Source: Candidatus Sungiibacteriota bacterium
GTDB lineage: Bacteria > Patescibacteriota > Minisyncoccia > Sungbacterales > SURF-37
DNA length: 37,185 nt
Reading direction: 5' to 3'
Assembly (NCBI GenBank): GCA_016186145.1
Contig: JACPMF010000019.1
Location: forward strand, 1 to 37,185
Part shown: piece after piece, positions 35,315 to 37,185 of the stretch
Layout: each line of letters opens with the position of its first letter
Numbering within the stretch: position 1 is the stretch's first letter
Notes under the pieces: model-generated
Databases searched by the model: none
What the model saw: the letters and a program-made list of their open reading frames with translations, nothing else
Told to the model about the DNA's origin: nothing
Position numbers and translations under genes: made by a program

Positions 35315-37185
35315 TTACTCAAAAGTGATTCTCTCCCCCGGTTGAATTATCTTTCCATTTTTATCTTCTTCCTGATGTTTCGCCTTTTCTTCCTCCCTCA
35401 CGACAGACTGTGAAAGTATTTCTCTTAAACCCTGAAGATCAACTTCCTTTTTTTGCGGCTGCGGCCTTGTGAACTCCCTTCTCCCGGGCCTTGATGAGTG
35501 ATCCGAAGAAATTTCAGACTCATCATGGCCGTTAAAATCCCCCGATTCGTCTTTTGCTGTTTCTTTCGGTTTTAACACATCGAGTGACAAAGGCCTGCTG
35601 ACAGCAGGAGGAAAACGGACTGCCGGCCTTGAAGGAACCGACTTCTGCAAAGCTGGTCTGGGTGAAGAAAAACGGCTAACCGAAGGAGCGCTCGGCGGAA
35701 CAGGATTCCGTGGAGATTCTGGTGGAGCAGGAATGGCTTCGCCGCGCCGTAACATCTCAAGATGTTTTTCGCAGTACACCGGCCGCCTTTTATCGGGCAT
35801 AAAAGGAACCATAACCAATTCGCCATCTATAGCGCAACGAGCTTCATAAAGCTTCCGGTCGGCTTTCCTTGCCGCTCCCCCATCCGCCGGCCCGAACATA
35901 GGAGCTGGCGAAATATCATTTCCGGTTCGGACCGAGGCTGCCGCGCCGAAAGAAAGACCGTGAAATTTCTCTATTTTCTGCCTTACTTCTTCTGCGGACG
36001 TCCCGTACTGCTTGCGCGATAATTTAATTATCGCCTCACGATTGCTTTTCGCGGGTTTTGGCAGGGGCGCTAAGGTTGTCGCCGAGAACGGCCGCGAAGC
36101 AATCCCGTCAATCATGAGCTTCAAATAAATTTGAGCAAAACCCAGGTTTACCAAGTCCTCCGCCATAAACTCCGGGTTAAACTCTTTTTCCAAAAGCTCC
36201 GCATCCGGCGCACCAACCCGAAACGTAACAGTAGTCCCTACGTTGCCGAATACCGCATCAGCTACTTTTTCATCCATCTGTGCCACATACTGGTGCGCAA
36301 GAATAAGACTCAAACGGTATTTCCGGGCTTCGGCAAGAATATTTGCGAAAGATTCTGTCGCGAAGTTTTGAAACTCGTCAACATAAAGGTAGAAATCACG
36401 CCGTTCTTCCTCCGGAACATCAACACGAGTCATTGCGGTCAAATATAATTTTGTCACCAGCATTGCGCCAAGAAGCCGGGAATTCTCTTCCCCGACTTTT
36501 CCTTTGGAAATATTCATAATGAAAATTTTTCCGCCATCCATTACCTCCCGCATGTCAACCGAAGACCGTTCTTGGCCGACAATATTGCGAATCAACGGAT
36601 TCGAAGTGAACTGGCCGATCTTATTTTGAATAGCTGCTGATGCCTCCGTCGCAAAACGCTCCTGATATTGGGCATATTCTTTTTCCCAAAAAGCGCGCAC
36701 CACCGGATCGGTAAGTTGAAAAACAATGCTTTTCCTGAATTCCTTATCCGCGAACATCCGGTTAATTCCAAGCAGTGTGGAACCCGGGACCTCAAGAAGC
36801 GCCAAAATTGAATTTGAAAGCAAGTACTCCATTCTCGCCGACCAGACATCCGGCCAAATCTTTTTAAAAACACCCAGGAGCCCCGATGCGATAAGGTGCC
36901 GTTGCTCCGGCAAAACGCTTTCCATACTGTTGAAAGCAACGGGGTATTCCAGATCCGACGGATTGAAATAAATAACATCTTCAATTCGTTCCGAAGGCAC
37001 AAAATCGAGCATCCGCTCCGCAAACTCTCCGTGGGGATCAATTATGCCAAGGCCTTTCCCGTTTTGAATGTCCTGAATAGCCATATTCTCAAGAAGCGTG
37101 GTTTTCCCCATGCCGGTTTTCCCGATGATGTACATGTGTTTTCGGCGGTCAGCGGGCTTTATGCCAAAACGCCGCCTCGCATCGC
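35315..37185 (-). CDS. VirD4/TraG/DUF87-like P-loop ATPase with C-terminal CxxC-x17-CxxC-like domain, 5' end outside the window
   Basis: RRKHMYIIGKTGMGKT, IDPHGE, YVDEFQNF, EARKYRL, AHQY; CAID...VPF.P...RPVYCEKH. Confidence 0.88.
   Translation of the reverse strand, partial: DARRRFGIKPADRRKHMYIIGKTGMGKTTLLENMAIQDIQNGKGLGIIDPHGEFAERMLDFVPSERIEDVIYFNPSDLEYPVAFNSMESVLPEQRHLIASGLLGVFKKIWPDVWSARMEYLLSNSILALLEVPGSTLLGINRMFADKEFRKSIVFQLTDPVVRAFWEKEYAQYQERFATEASAAIQNKIGQFTSNPLIRNIVGQERSSVDMREVMDGGKIFIMNISKGKVGEENSRLLGAMLVTKLYLTAMTRVDVPEEERRDFYLYVDEFQNFATESFANILAEARKYRLSLILAHQYVAQMDEKVADAVFGNVGTTVTFRVGAPDAELLEKEFNPEFMAEDLVNLGFAQIYLKLMIDGIASRPFSATTLAPLPKPAKSNREAIIKLSRKQYGTSAEEVRQKIEKFHGLSFGAAASVRTGNDISPAPMFGPADGGAARKADRKLYEARCAIDGELVMVPFMPDKRRPVYCEKHLEMLRRGEAIPAPPESPRNPVPPSAPSVSRFSSPRPALQKSVPSRPAVRFPPAVSRPLSLDVLKPKETAKDESGDFNGHDESEISSDHSSRPGRREFTRPQPQKKEVDLQGLREILSQSVVREEEKAKHQEEDKNGKIIQPGERITFE

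Overview
37-kb bacterial chromosome segment that looks like Patescibacteria/CPR, probably Parcubacteria. This is inferred from gene content, gene order, largely Shine-Dalgarno-less core genes and an intron-rich 23S; TGA is used as stop. Core genes: ychF-rpsF-ssb-rpsR, recA, RodZ-like, murG-ftsW, murD, lytic transglycosylase, rplY, a non-oxidative pentose-phosphate cluster (rodA-rpiB-rpe-tktN-tktC-pfkB-fba-glycerate dehydrogenase), an MscS-type TM protein, efp and a VirD4/DUF87-like ATPase. A 23S-5S unit on the minus strand has its own consensus promoter and no 16S. The 23S spans about 6.6 kb, with four group I introns (E. coli-equivalent L1931, L2500, L2584, L2593; two carry LAGLIDADG ORFs) and at least seven hairpin insertions. 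The most unusual layer is a set of short palindromic element families inserted at gene junctions, in frame inside enzymes, in intron loops and in rRNA helices. Highlights: (1) a 5S gene split by four hairpin insertions, one of which carries a second intact 5S gene; (2) a 23S insertion holding a complete antisense promoter-SD-ORF-terminator unit for a 34-aa hydrophobic peptide; (3) a 288-bp inverted-repeat-bounded element encoding only a GIY-YIG nuclease, inserted at the tktC start codon with a target duplication. All calls were made by eye with no database searches, and E. coli numbering comes from recalled conserved motifs.
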